The notes: a model not told the origin generated them from the letters alone. A DNA stretch of 64,000 bases from Chthonomonas calidirosea (GCA_945859975.1 CAMAPH010000003.1:1-64000); one strand, 5' to 3'. Numbered from the stretch's first letter, positions 48,595 to 58,028 are shown. Translations and numbers: made by a program.

Positions 48595-49097
48595 CGCTGC
48601 GTAAAGGAATAAATGCGCCAGATCAAGGCGATTGAGCCGAGCAGAATCCCCGGCAACGCCTTGTACTTATCGCCCTGCTTCCAAGAGCCCCAACCCTGCT
48701 GAATCGCTGTGATGCCCAAGAAGATGCCGCCGATGCCGATAAAGTAGCCAACGACGCAAGCGCCGAGGCCGCAAAGCAAGCTCCACCACCACAAGTTCGG
48801 ATTGCCCGACGTGTCGGGCACGTAAACCGGGTTGTGCTGCCCGGTCCGCCACGGAGCCGAAGCTGTCGGCGCGGCGCCATAAGTCGGTCCACCACCGTAC
48901 GTCGGGGCAGCCGGTGCGACCGGCAACCCGAGTTCCGGCACCTGCGAAGCCGGAATCTGCTCGTTCGTCAGCGCGTCCTCCAACATCGTCTGGGGACCAA
49001 CGCGGTTTTCCGCAATCCAAAGTTTCAGGGTCGCGATATCCGCCGGACCAAACTTGGTCCCATCGGTATGGATGACAAAAAATGCGCGTGGATTCAT
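48591..49097 (-). CDS. membrane protein with a GYF-like N-terminal domain
   Basis: DGTKFGPADIATLKLWIAENRV; paralog of 27767-28297. Confidence 0.75.
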   Translation of the reverse strand: MNPRAFFVIHTDGTKFGPADIATLKLWIAENRVGPQTMLEDALTNEQIPASQVPELGLPVAPAAPTYGGGPTYGAAPTASAPWRTGQHNPVYVPDTSGNPNLWWWSLLCGLGACVVGYFIGIGGIFLGITAIQQGWGSWKQGDKYKALPGILLGSIALIWRIYSFTQR

Positions 49098-49211
49098 AGT
49101 CGCTCGGCAAACGCCACTGGCATTATCGCCTAAGGTTCTTCGGTAACATCCAAAAATCGCATGCCTGCAAGTTCAGGCACAAAAATTGCAAAACAAAAGT
49201 CGAAGAAGACC

Positions 49212-50342
49212 ATGGAATACACCGCCGAACTCCTCAACAAACTGGAATCAGATTTTTCGGGCTACCTCGAAGGAGACCGCGTGTCGGACTTCCTCAACAC
49301 CTACGGCATTCGTTTTGCCGCCGGGCACTGGTGCGCGGGAATGTTTGCCGACCGCTTTGCTCCGGCCGGATACAACGCCGACGATCCGACCTTCGACGAC
49401 TCCGTCGTCGCCCAAATCGCCCGCGTTCGCCAAGCCGGAATCGACGGCGTTGAGTTCCACGAAGTCGTCTTCCTCGATGATCACGGCGCACGTGATTCCG
49501 CCAAAATCGGCGCCATCACCGCCGCCCTCGCCGAGCACAAAGTCGCCCCGACCAACATGAACTTCAACACCTGGACCCATCCCAAGTTCAAGTTCGGCGC
49601 CGTCACTCACCCCGACCCCGCCATCCGCAAAGTCGCCCTCGAGCAGATCCTCCTCGGCGTCGAAATCGCGAAAGAGATCGGCTGCGTCAGCTGCGGCTAC
49701 TGGCCCGGCTCCGATGGCTGGGACTACCATTTCGAAGTCGATTACGGCCAGCGGCTGCGCTGGTTCATCGACGCCTGCACCGAAATCGCCGCCAAGTGCG
49801 ATAGCCTCGGCCTTCAGTTCGGCACCGAGCCTAAGCAGAAGGAACCACGGGAGATGAACATGATCACCAACACCGTGGCCAAAGCCGCCCTCGTGTGCCT
49901 GGAAGTCAACCGAACCCTCGGCAAAACCGTCATGGGCGTCGCCATCGACTACGGCCACGAGCAAATGGTCGGCAACACCCCCGCCGATTCGCTCTACACC
50001 CTCAAAACCTTCGGCCTGCCCATCGCCAACTTCCACATCAACGGCGCGAAATACAACTCGAACGACGAAGACCGCATCGCCGGCACCGACGACATCTGGC
50101 GCCTCGTCGAGTTCTGCTACGCCGCCATCGACACCGGCTATTCCGGCTGGTACGGCGAAGACCAGTTCACCTACCGAACCGAACAAGTCGAATCCATGGC
50201 CCTCTCACGCGAATTCTTCGCCAACTGCATGAAGAAGGCGCTCATGATCTACGCTCAAAAGCCGGAGCTTCAGGCGGCGCAAGCAACGGGGAACGCAGCG
50301 AAGACAATCAACCTGGTGAAGCGGGTGATCTATAACGGCTAA
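49212..50342 (+). CDS. xylose isomerase-like/L-rhamnose isomerase-like sugar isomerase
   Basis: GVEFH, GAVTHPDPAIR, WPGSDG, TEPKQKEPR, DYGHE, EDQF. ATG 49212 preferred. Confidence 0.82.
   Translation: MEYTAELLNKLESDFSGYLEGDRVSDFLNTYGIRFAAGHWCAGMFADRFAPAGYNADDPTFDDSVVAQIARVRQAGIDGVEFHEVVFLDDHGARDSAKIGAITAALAEHKVAPTNMNFNTWTHPKFKFGAVTHPDPAIRKVALEQILLGVEIAKEIGCVSCGYWPGSDGWDYHFEVDYGQRLRWFIDACTEIAAKCDSLGLQFGTEPKQKEPREMNMITNTVAKAALVCLEVNRTLGKTVMGVAIDYGHEQMVGNTPADSLYTLKTFGLPIANFHINGAKYNSNDEDRIAGTDDIWRLVEFCYAAIDTGYSGWYGEDQFTYRTEQVESMALSREFFANCMKKALMIYAQKPELQAAQATGNAAKTINLVKRVIYNG
50148..50342 (+). repeat. direct repeat copy 1 (3' end of the sugar isomerase gene)
   Basis: Aligns by hand with 52180-52373 at about 83% identity (34 differences in 195 nt). 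Confidence 0.9.
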
Positions 50343-50365
50343 TGCCGTAGAATAACCGCTGCGCT

Positions 50366-50443
50366 ATGGCCGAAACCTTTGAGTTCGAGATGTTCCTGAG
50401 CCATAGCAACCACGATGCCCTGGCCGAACGGCTTCGACAATGA
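50366..50443 (+). pseudogene. truncated TIR-domain N-terminus (25 codons)
   Basis: MAETFEFEMFLSHSNHDALAERLRQ* resembles the TIR start xFxYDVFLSHSxxDKxxVRxLAERLR; its stop overlaps the WD40 ATG (ATGA). Confidence 0.65.
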
Positions 50444-52131
50444 CCGAGTTGGCTGCTCTCGTCCCCAACGTGCCTCAGGCCATCAGCCTGGGGCACGCCG
50501 ATGCAATCCGCTCCGTTGCCATCAGTCAAGACGGCAAGTTCGCCGTCTCAGCATCGGCCGATAAAACCCTCCGAAAGTGGGATATCGAAACCGGCCAATG
50601 TCTCGGCGTGCTAGAAGGTCACGCTGGTGAAGTCAACGCCGTCGCGATCACCCCAAACGGCAAGTTCGCCATCTCCGGCTCAGACGACAAGACCATCCGA
50701 AAGTGGGACCTCCAAACCGGCCAATACGTCCAGGTGTTAGCGGGACACACGGAGTGGGTCCAGACCGTCGCCATCAGCCAAAACGGTAAATTCGCTCTCC
50801 CGGGATCCGCCGACAATACGCTCCGAATGTGGGACTTAGAAACCGGAGAGTGTCTCAAGGTCCTAGAGGGACACACCGAAGCCGTCTACTCCGTCGCGAT
50901 CAGCCAAGATGGGAAATTCGCAATCTCCGGAGGACCAGAGAACACGCTTCTAAAGTGGGATATCGAATCCGGACAATGCCTCCAGGTCCTACAAGGACAC
51001 CTTAGCGGCGTCCTTTCCGTCGCCATCAGCCAAGACGGCAACTTCGTCTTCTCTGCATCACAGGACACAACCCTCCGAAGGTGGAATCTCGAAACTGGAC
51101 AGTGCCTCCAAGTTCTAGAGGGACATACAGAAGCCGTGATTTCCGTGGCTATCAGCCAAGATGGAAAGTTCGCCTTCTCCGGATCAGACGACGCAACCGT
51201 CCGAAAATGGGACCTCGAAACCGGGCAGTGTCTCAGCGTAATCGAGGGGCATACAGGCGCGGTCTTCTCCGTCGTCATCGGCCAAGACGGGAGCTTTGTG
51301 CTCTCAGTATCCGATGACAACACCCTCCGAAAGTGGGACTTCGAAACCGGAAAGTGTCTCGGCGTACTAGAGGGACACACGAGCGCCGTGTACTGCGTCG
51401 CCATGAGCCAAGACGGAAAAATCGCCCTCTCCGGATCACAAGACGGCACCCTCCGAAAGTGGGACGTCGAAACGGGTGAAAGCCTCGACGTCCTAAAAGG
51501 ACACGCCGGCACCGTCTGCTCCGTCGCGATCAGCCTCGACGTGAAATTTGCCCTCTCGGGATCTGCAGACAAAACCCTTCGAACGTGGGATCTCAAAACC
51601 GGAGAATGCCTGAACGTCTTTGAAGGACACTCGCACGCCATCTGGACCGTAGCCATCAGCCAAGACGGGAAATTCGCCGTGTCCGGATCACTAGACAACA
51701 CTCTCCGAAAGTGGGACCTGGAGACCGGAGAATGCCGAAGCGTCTTAGAGGGACACGCCGGCTTCGTCCGATCCGTCGCCATTAGCCGAGATGGGAAACT
51801 CGCTCTGTCTGCATCGGATGACAAAACCCTTCGAAAGTGGAACATGGAAACGGGTCAAAGTCTCGACGTCCTAGAAGGACATTGCGGCACCGTCTGGTCC
51901 GTCGCCATCAGCCAAGATGGGAAATTCGCCCTGTCTGGATCATCCGACAAAACCCTCCGAAAGTGGGAACTGGAAACCGGAGAGTGCCTAAGCGTTCTCG
52001 ACGGACACAGCAGCCACATCCGGTCAGTCGCGATCAGCGACGATGAAAAAACCGCCTACTCGGCGGCCGACAATGGCGTCCTTCGGATCTGGAGTTTGAA
52101 TTTCACGACCAGTCCTCTGCCCGAACAATAA
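50440..52131 (+). CDS. WD40-repeat protein with 13 highly similar 42-aa (126-bp) repeats
   Basis: 13 copies of GHxxxVxSVAISQDGKFAxSGSxDxTLRKWDLETGECLxVLE. Confidence 0.93.
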   Translation: MTELAALVPNVPQAISLGHADAIRSVAISQDGKFAVSASADKTLRKWDIETGQCLGVLEGHAGEVNAVAITPNGKFAISGSDDKTIRKWDLQTGQYVQVLAGHTEWVQTVAISQNGKFALPGSADNTLRMWDLETGECLKVLEGHTEAVYSVAISQDGKFAISGGPENTLLKWDIESGQCLQVLQGHLSGVLSVAISQDGNFVFSASQDTTLRRWNLETGQCLQVLEGHTEAVISVAISQDGKFAFSGSDDATVRKWDLETGQCLSVIEGHTGAVFSVVIGQDGSFVLSVSDDNTLRKWDFETGKCLGVLEGHTSAVYCVAMSQDGKIALSGSQDGTLRKWDVETGESLDVLKGHAGTVCSVAISLDVKFALSGSADKTLRTWDLKTGECLNVFEGHSHAIWTVAISQDGKFAVSGSLDNTLRKWDLETGECRSVLEGHAGFVRSVAISRDGKLALSASDDKTLRKWNMETGQSLDVLEGHCGTVWSVAISQDGKFALSGSSDKTLRKWELETGECLSVLDGHSSHIRSVAISDDEKTAYSAADNGVLRIWSLNFTTSPLPEQ

Positions 52132-52170
52132 CGCTGATATGATCTTCGCCGGCGCGTCGTCGAAATCTGC

Positions 52171-52373
52171 TTCTCAGGATGGTACGGCGAAGACTAGTTC
52201 ACGTGCCGAACCGAACAAGTCGAATCCATGCCCTTTCCCGGGAGTTCTTTGCCAACTGCATAAACGAAGCGCTGAAAATCTACGCGCAGAAGCCGAAACT
52301 TTAGGCGGAGCGAGCGACGGAGAATGAGGCGCGGACCATCAACTTGGTGAAGCGGGTGATCCATAACGGCTGA
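52171..52373 (+). pseudogene. degenerate second copy of the sugar-isomerase 3' end (direct repeat copy 2)
   Basis: Encodes SGWYGED*F.CRTEQVESM...INLVKRVIHNG*; two CAG>TAG stops and a 1-bp deletion relative to copy 1. Confidence 0.88.
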
Positions 52374-52484
52374 AATTAATCTGAAATAGGTGGCCAGCCA
52401 TTTCATTGAAGTCTCATCTCCAATGTGGTTTGTTAAGACAACGTAAAGAATTTCAAAATTTTCTTCCGCTGACTAAGAAATCCC

Positions 52485-52513
52485 TTGTCACTTTCGTAAA
52501 CCTGCAGTATATG
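52485..52513 (+). promoter_or_regulatory. sigma70-type promoter candidate for the rhs gene
   Basis: TTGTCA-N17-TATATG in an AT-rich intergenic stretch. Confidence 0.45.
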
Positions 52514-52527
52514 TATATCAGGTTGCC

Positions 52528-55500
52528 ATGACTTGGTTTAGAAATTGCCAACGTTTGCTTGCGCTGTTTTGCGTAGCCCTGCTTCTTGTTTCCCAGACCG
52601 CGACTGCGGCATATTCGCTGGGTGAAATTTCCCTGAAGGGACTGCAATCTCTTCGGCAGCATCCCGGTCATTTCACGCAGGCACCGACCCGCGTAAACCG
52701 TGGCCAGAATCCAAAGCGTGAGCCTTTAACCCGCGGAATTTGGACTCAACGTCAGCTTCATAACGCAGAGTTTGATGCGCAAGAACTGTTTGCATCCCTT
52801 TATGGAGCAATACAAGGACCTCCAGGGCATACCACCGCTGTAAATCCAAGTTCAGGGGGTGCATATAACTGGGAAGGAAGTCGCCCAAGCGTCGGCGGCG
52901 GATCTGTCAATACCGGCAACGGCAACAAACTGAGCACTGTGCCTCTGACAGGTTGGGATGTGCGAGGCGGGATGGCGGTGAATTTCACCCTGTTCCACAA
53001 CAGCCAAGGCAGCTACAACGATGAACTCGGCCACGGCTGGACGTGGACCTACGACATCTATATCAACGATGACGACATTAACAACCCAGTCGTCCACTGG
53101 GGAGACGGCCTCTCTGTTCCGTTTAGCTACACAGGCACGGTTCCAACCGGGGTGGATTACAACTACACATCTCCAACCGGCGTCTTTGACAAACTAACCA
53201 AGAGAGCTGACGGCACTTGGACCATCACCAAGAAGAGTCAGATCAAGTACCAGTTCAATGCGGCTGGATTCTGCAACAAGATTCAGGACCGAAACAGCAA
53301 CCAAATCACGCTCACTCTCAACAGCGCCAACTACGTAACGAAGGTCACGGACCCGACAGGCCGAGAACTGACCATCACGCTCGATGGTAGCAACAATTTC
53401 ACCAGCATCACCGACCCGCTTGGTCGGGTTTGGGAATTCACGCGCGATGGCAGCGACGATTTGACTGAGGTTGAGTTCCCGCCCGTAAACAGTGCCGTTT
53501 ACACTGAAAACTTCACGTACAACACCACGCACGACATCCTGACCCGTACGGACAAGCGTGGCAAAGTCTGGTCCACCACCTATAACAATGGCGGTGTTGT
53601 TGCGACCGAAAAGAACCCGCTGAACCAAACCACGACCTACACCTACACTAGCAGCGCAACCACTATCACTGACCCCATCGGCGAAACCGTCACTCACAAC
53701 TACAGCAGCGGCCTCCTTGCGAGCGAAGTAGATGAATCTGGGTTCAGCATCGCTAGGACCTACAACGGCAGCTACTTGCCAACGGCAATCACTGATAAGC
53801 GCGGCAAGGTCTGGAACTTTACGTACGACTCGGTCGGAAATGTTCTTACCAAGACCAATCCGCTCTCCAAATTAACGACTTACACCTACAACAGCACGAA
53901 CGACCTTCTCACGAGCACTAATCCGCTGAGCCAGACCACGACGCTTACGTACGATTCGAACGGAAATCTTCTTACCGTCACCGACCCGCTCAGCCGAGTG
54001 ACCGAGCTAGGCTATGACGCAAATGGCCTCCTCACGAGCATAGAGAACCATCTCGGCGAAGTCACAACGCTGGCTTACAACTCCAACGGGCATCTGACGA
54101 GCACCACGGACCCTTTGAGCCATACTACGAGCCTTGGCGTTAGTACGCTCGGCTGGACGACAAGCACGACCGATGCGACCAGCAATGTAACCACCTTCAG
54201 TTATGACAACTGGGGGCGTCTGGCAACGATAACGAATCCAGACTCCTCAACCAAGAGTTACACATACAACCCAAATTCGGATCTGCTTACGGAAACGAAT
54301 GAGCGTAGCAAAACCACGAGCTTCGCGTACGACGATGCAGGTCGCTTGACCACTAAGACAAATGCCAAGAGCGAGGTCGAGACCTACGCCTACAACGCAC
54401 GCGGCGACCGAACGAGCGTTACGAATGGACGCGGCAAGGTTCGCACCTACACCTTCACAGACCGCGGCGAAGTGGCAAGCGTCACCCTGCCCGACAGCAG
54501 CGTGGAGCAGTGGAGTTACGACGGCAACGGTCACGTAACGGCGTACACGAATCCGCTCAGCCAGGTCATTTACTACACATTCGACAATGCTTCTCGCCAG
54601 ACCGGCGTCGACTATCCAGCCGGTACGGACACGACCTTCAGCTATGACGATGCGAATCGCCGCACCGGAATGACTGACTCAACCGGCACGACCACCTGGA
54701 CCATTAACGCTGCAGGGGAATCTACCGCCCTTTCCACACCACAAGGAAGCCTTTCCTACACCTACGATGGAGCTGGACGGCGCAAAACCCTTGTTGAGAG
54801 TCACGGTACAACGACTTACAACTACGACACCGCTGGTCGCTTAACCTCTCTGGTGAATGCTCAGTCTGAAACGACGAGCTTCACCTACGACAATGCGAAC
54901 CGTCTGACGAAGCAAACCTACAACCCGGGCCAGTACACCGAGATGGCTTACAACAACCGGGGCTGGATCAGCACGCTGTCGACCAAGAAGAGCGACGGAA
55001 CCGTCTTCAGTACCGAAACCTACTCGTACGACACGGCCGGAAACCTCACGTCCAAGGTCGTCAGCGGCAGCACAACTTCGTTCACGTACGACGACATCGA
55101 CCAGCTTCTGACCGAGACCCGGTCCGGCGCAACAACGACGTATACGTACGACGCGAACGGCAACCGGGCCAGCAAAGCTGCGGGAGGGGTCACCGAGACC
55201 TACATTGTTGACGATGCGGACAAACTCACCTCGATAACCGTTGGTGGTGCGGCGGTGAAGACGTATTCGTACGACACTGCGGGTCGCACGACTTCAGTCG
55301 TAACCTCGGCCGGCACGACCTCGCTAACGTACGACTACGAGTCGCGGATTACGCAGATTTCGTACCCGTCCTCGGCGACAAACACATTCACTTACAACGG
55401 TCTTGACACCCGCGTAGGCAAGGTGGATTCGGTCGGAACCGCAACTTACAAGCGAGATGGCGATTCCGTCACCGCGCCGGTGCTCGAAGACGGCACCGCC

Positions 55501-56292
55501 AAGTTCACTCCGGGAGTCTCCGATCGACGAGGCAGCAGCACCCGCTTCTACCATCCTGACCGTATCGGGTCTGTGCTCCGGCACACTTCGAGTTCGCAAG
55601 GTTCGACGGCTAGCCGCTTGTACGACGCTTTCGGCAACGTTGTCTCGGCATCCGGCACATTCGCGCTCCCCTTCGGCTTTGCTGGAAACTGGGGCTATCA
55701 GGAAGATGCTGACTCGGGCCTAAAGCTGCTTGGGCACCGATATTACGACTCTTCAACTGGGCGGTTCCTGACGAGGGACCCGATTAAGGACGGGAAGAAC
55801 TGGTACGCGTATTGCGGAAACAACCCGCTCCGTGCGGTTGACCCCACGGGGCTTTGGTGGGAGACGGCGTTCGATGTTGCCATGCTCATCAAGGGCATCC
55901 ATGACTTCATCGAAGATCCGTCGTGGGAGAACGGAGCAGGAGTTGCAGCTGATGTCATCTTTCTCATCGCCCCACTTCCGAACTTCGCGGCCGTCCGGCA
56001 TCTTGACGATGTCCACGATGCCGGCAGGGTGATTATTGACCAAGGCGGCGGTGCACTTAATCTCATACCCAGAAAAGCCTCTAAAACACATCGACTTGCT
56101 TGGGAGCGGCTAAATGGCATTCCATGGCCAAAAGATGAAAATGGCCGAAACTTCGATGTGAGCCATATCATTGCGCTCGCTGACGGAGGATCCGATACAC
56201 TGGATAATATCGAACCGGTGCAACATGACGAGCATGTACGCAGGCACATTCTAAACGGAGACTTCAAGAGATGGGGAGGCAGGCGAAAATAG
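52528..56292 (+). CDS. Rhs/YD-repeat polymorphic toxin with a signal peptide and C-terminal HNH nuclease
   Basis: Signal peptide; many YD repeats; Rhs core HRYYDSSTGRFLTRDP...YAYCGNNPLRAVDPTGL; tip DVSHIIALADGGSDTLDNIEPVQHDEHVRRH. Confidence 0.93.
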   Translation: MTWFRNCQRLLALFCVALLLVSQTATAAYSLGEISLKGLQSLRQHPGHFTQAPTRVNRGQNPKREPLTRGIWTQRQLHNAEFDAQELFASLYGAIQGPPGHTTAVNPSSGGAYNWEGSRPSVGGGSVNTGNGNKLSTVPLTGWDVRGGMAVNFTLFHNSQGSYNDELGHGWTWTYDIYINDDDINNPVVHWGDGLSVPFSYTGTVPTGVDYNYTSPTGVFDKLTKRADGTWTITKKSQIKYQFNAAGFCNKIQDRNSNQITLTLNSANYVTKVTDPTGRELTITLDGSNNFTSITDPLGRVWEFTRDGSDDLTEVEFPPVNSAVYTENFTYNTTHDILTRTDKRGKVWSTTYNNGGVVATEKNPLNQTTTYTYTSSATTITDPIGETVTHNYSSGLLASEVDESGFSIARTYNGSYLPTAITDKRGKVWNFTYDSVGNVLTKTNPLSKLTTYTYNSTNDLLTSTNPLSQTTTLTYDSNGNLLTVTDPLSRVTELGYDANGLLTSIENHLGEVTTLAYNSNGHLTSTTDPLSHTTSLGVSTLGWTTSTTDATSNVTTFSYDNWGRLATITNPDSSTKSYTYNPNSDLLTETNERSKTTSFAYDDAGRLTTKTNAKSEVETYAYNARGDRTSVTNGRGKVRTYTFTDRGEVASVTLPDSSVEQWSYDGNGHVTAYTNPLSQVIYYTFDNASRQTGVDYPAGTDTTFSYDDANRRTGMTDSTGTTTWTINAAGESTALSTPQGSLSYTYDGAGRRKTLVESHGTTTYNYDTAGRLTSLVNAQSETTSFTYDNANRLTKQTYNPGQYTEMAYNNRGWISTLSTKKSDGTVFSTETYSYDTAGNLTSKVVSGSTTSFTYDDIDQLLTETRSGATTTYTYDANGNRASKAAGGVTETYIVDDADKLTSITVGGAAVKTYSYDTAGRTTSVVTSAGTTSLTYDYESRITQISYPSSATNTFTYNGLDTRVGKVDSVGTATYKRDGDSVTAPVLEDGTAKFTPGVSDRRGSSTRFYHPDRIGSVLRHTSSSQGSTASRLYDAFGNVVSASGTFALPFGFAGNWGYQEDADSGLKLLGHRYYDSSTGRFLTRDPIKDGKNWYAYCGNNPLRAVDPTGLWWETAFDVAMLIKGIHDFIEDPSWENGAGVAADVIFLIAPLPNFAAVRHLDDVHDAGRVIIDQGGGALNLIPRKASKTHRLAWERLNGIPWPKDENGRNFDVSHIIALADGGSDTLDNIEPVQHDEHVRRHILNGDFKRWGGRRK

Positions 56293-58028
56293 CAATCGAT
56301 GTAGACCCCAATGTCTCGTATCAGGAAACTTCTCTGACGACAGGGATACCTGATTTACAGTTGGTCGAATGCGAACGACAAGTACGGAATTTTATCGAGT
56401 TTCATGGAGGCATCACGAACGAACTATGCCTTATGAAAAAACTAAGATTTCTTGCCGTCTACAAATTTTCAGCAGCAGACGAAGAGAATGGCGCATCGTT
56501 TTCTGGATGGATCGTCGCTGGAAATGCTCCATTCCTCATGCTGAATGAAGAACGCATTTACAATGCAATCGAAGCGTTGGCAATATATGCATGGTTCTCG
56601 AGCTTTGTATCACAAAGTGGCAATGAGGAAACCGAAGACAACTTCGGACCGCAGTTCAGGACTTTTCCCAATTGGAAATTACTGCGCGAACCAACCGAAA
56701 TAGCAAGATCAAAGATTACGCCGATCGCTGGATTCATTGGGTTCCATGTAGTTCCAAAACATATACAAAACTTCTTGAACCCTGAAATCTTTGCCCGGTG
56801 TTATCAACGAGGATGGTTTCAGTCAGTCCTTGGGCCACCCGGTAGAGCGTCCAAAAATCAAACTAACTGTGACGACTTTTTTACGGCTTGTCAAGATCGT
56901 GACGAACTCACGAAATTCGAAATGGAAGTTATTCGCTCGTTTTTGGGGTCGCAAGACAAAACCAGCAGCCATATAGAAAGATCGCTTAAAGTCAACGATG
57001 TAAGTGTTTTTCGAGTTGAGCTTCAACCCTCAAGCGTTGAATCGAACATCCTTTGGGTCATTGGAGGAAACGTACCGTACTACCTCGTTTCCAGAAAACA
57101 CGTCACGTCACCTTACGAGGCACTAGCAGAATACACTTGGATGGTACGCAAGTGGGCGCAGTATCCCAGCAATGACCTACGTTCCAAACGCTTCGACCAA
57201 ATCTTTTATCAGGAACCTACTTGGAGCAAGCAAACCATGAGAGATGCTCTCAGGACGTCAGGGTTAGCGTCAGTCACAAATCAAATGTTTGGATTACTCA
57301 GGACACAATATAATCACATTCAAGATCCAATCTCGATTTCGCGGTGTATTGAAGTCGGCTGGCTAGGGAGGTCTTCAAACCCGAACTGGAAGCCTGCGAC
57401 GAAAATAAAACGAAAAGAACTAAAAGAAGCGGCAGTATATTTCGGAAAGCATTTAATTGCCTCAGACCATGCAATCTGTGACTCCAAGTTGGGAGGTAAG
57501 CCTTGCGGCTTACCGCGGGAAAAATGGCCAGTAGTAGATGGTGCAGCAAGTACGTTCGTTGCTCAGTTAAAGCATCCAGTGTTAGGATTCTCAACTTATA
57601 TTTTTTGGAATCAAGCACTATACTCCGAGCACCCGAACTCCGTGACTCAGTTTAGTGCGGTTTTTCAACAGAATTGGTGTGGTGAAAGCCAGTCCGGACC
57701 GTCATTTCCGCCGTGTGGAGAATTAGTCTGGAATAGTGGCAAACTATGGAATTTCGAACCAACTGATATTGCACTCACCGAAGAAGAACTGTCACTTCTT
57801 TACAGCGAGCAGAGTAATCCACATTACAGCAAAACAAAAGCAGGGGGAGCTGTACGATGGGATCACTTCGTAAATCTAAGGCCATCAATTACAAGCGCTG
57901 AGAAATTCAAGTACATCCTGACACTTGACTTAACACAGTTTCCATTCTTGCCCTACAACTGCCCTCGAACGTTGCATGTATTCCGACATCGTCAAATTCT
58001 GGAAATAGGAGCAGTAATTTCAGAGTAA
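56271..58028 (+). CDS. candidate multi-module immunity protein (two DUF4826-like units plus a DUF1963/YwqG-like C-terminus)
   Basis: Overlaps the rhs end by 22 nt; AT-richer. Internal duplication GWIVAGNAP...EALAIYAW / LWVIGGNVP...EALAEYTW; then SKLGGKP...WP...FVAQL...KAGG..W. Domain names by eye. Confidence 0.62.
   Translation: MGRQAKIAIDVDPNVSYQETSLTTGIPDLQLVECERQVRNFIEFHGGITNELCLMKKLRFLAVYKFSAADEENGASFSGWIVAGNAPFLMLNEERIYNAIEALAIYAWFSSFVSQSGNEETEDNFGPQFRTFPNWKLLREPTEIARSKITPIAGFIGFHVVPKHIQNFLNPEIFARCYQRGWFQSVLGPPGRASKNQTNCDDFFTACQDRDELTKFEMEVIRSFLGSQDKTSSHIERSLKVNDVSVFRVELQPSSVESNILWVIGGNVPYYLVSRKHVTSPYEALAEYTWMVRKWAQYPSNDLRSKRFDQIFYQEPTWSKQTMRDALRTSGLASVTNQMFGLLRTQYNHIQDPISISRCIEVGWLGRSSNPNWKPATKIKRKELKEAAVYFGKHLIASDHAICDSKLGGKPCGLPREKWPVVDGAASTFVAQLKHPVLGFSTYIFWNQALYSEHPNSVTQFSAVFQQNWCGESQSGPSFPPCGELVWNSGKLWNFEPTDIALTEEELSLLYSEQSNPHYSKTKAGGAVRWDHFVNLRPSITSAEKFKYILTLDLTQFPFLPYNCPRTLHVFRHRQILEIGAVISE

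Noticed and set aside
50440..52131. 126-bp tandem repeats as a possible CRISPR or non-coding array
   Set aside because: They are in-frame WD40 coding repeats with no repeat-spacer structure and no cas genes.
52139..52406. Short ORFs of 62 and 70 aa after the WD40 gene
   Set aside because: They lie over the degenerate duplicated isomerase fragment and are not credible genes.
53200..55500. Recurrent TACGAC/ACCTAC motifs as a DNA repeat array
   Set aside because: Explained by the YD repeats of the Rhs protein.
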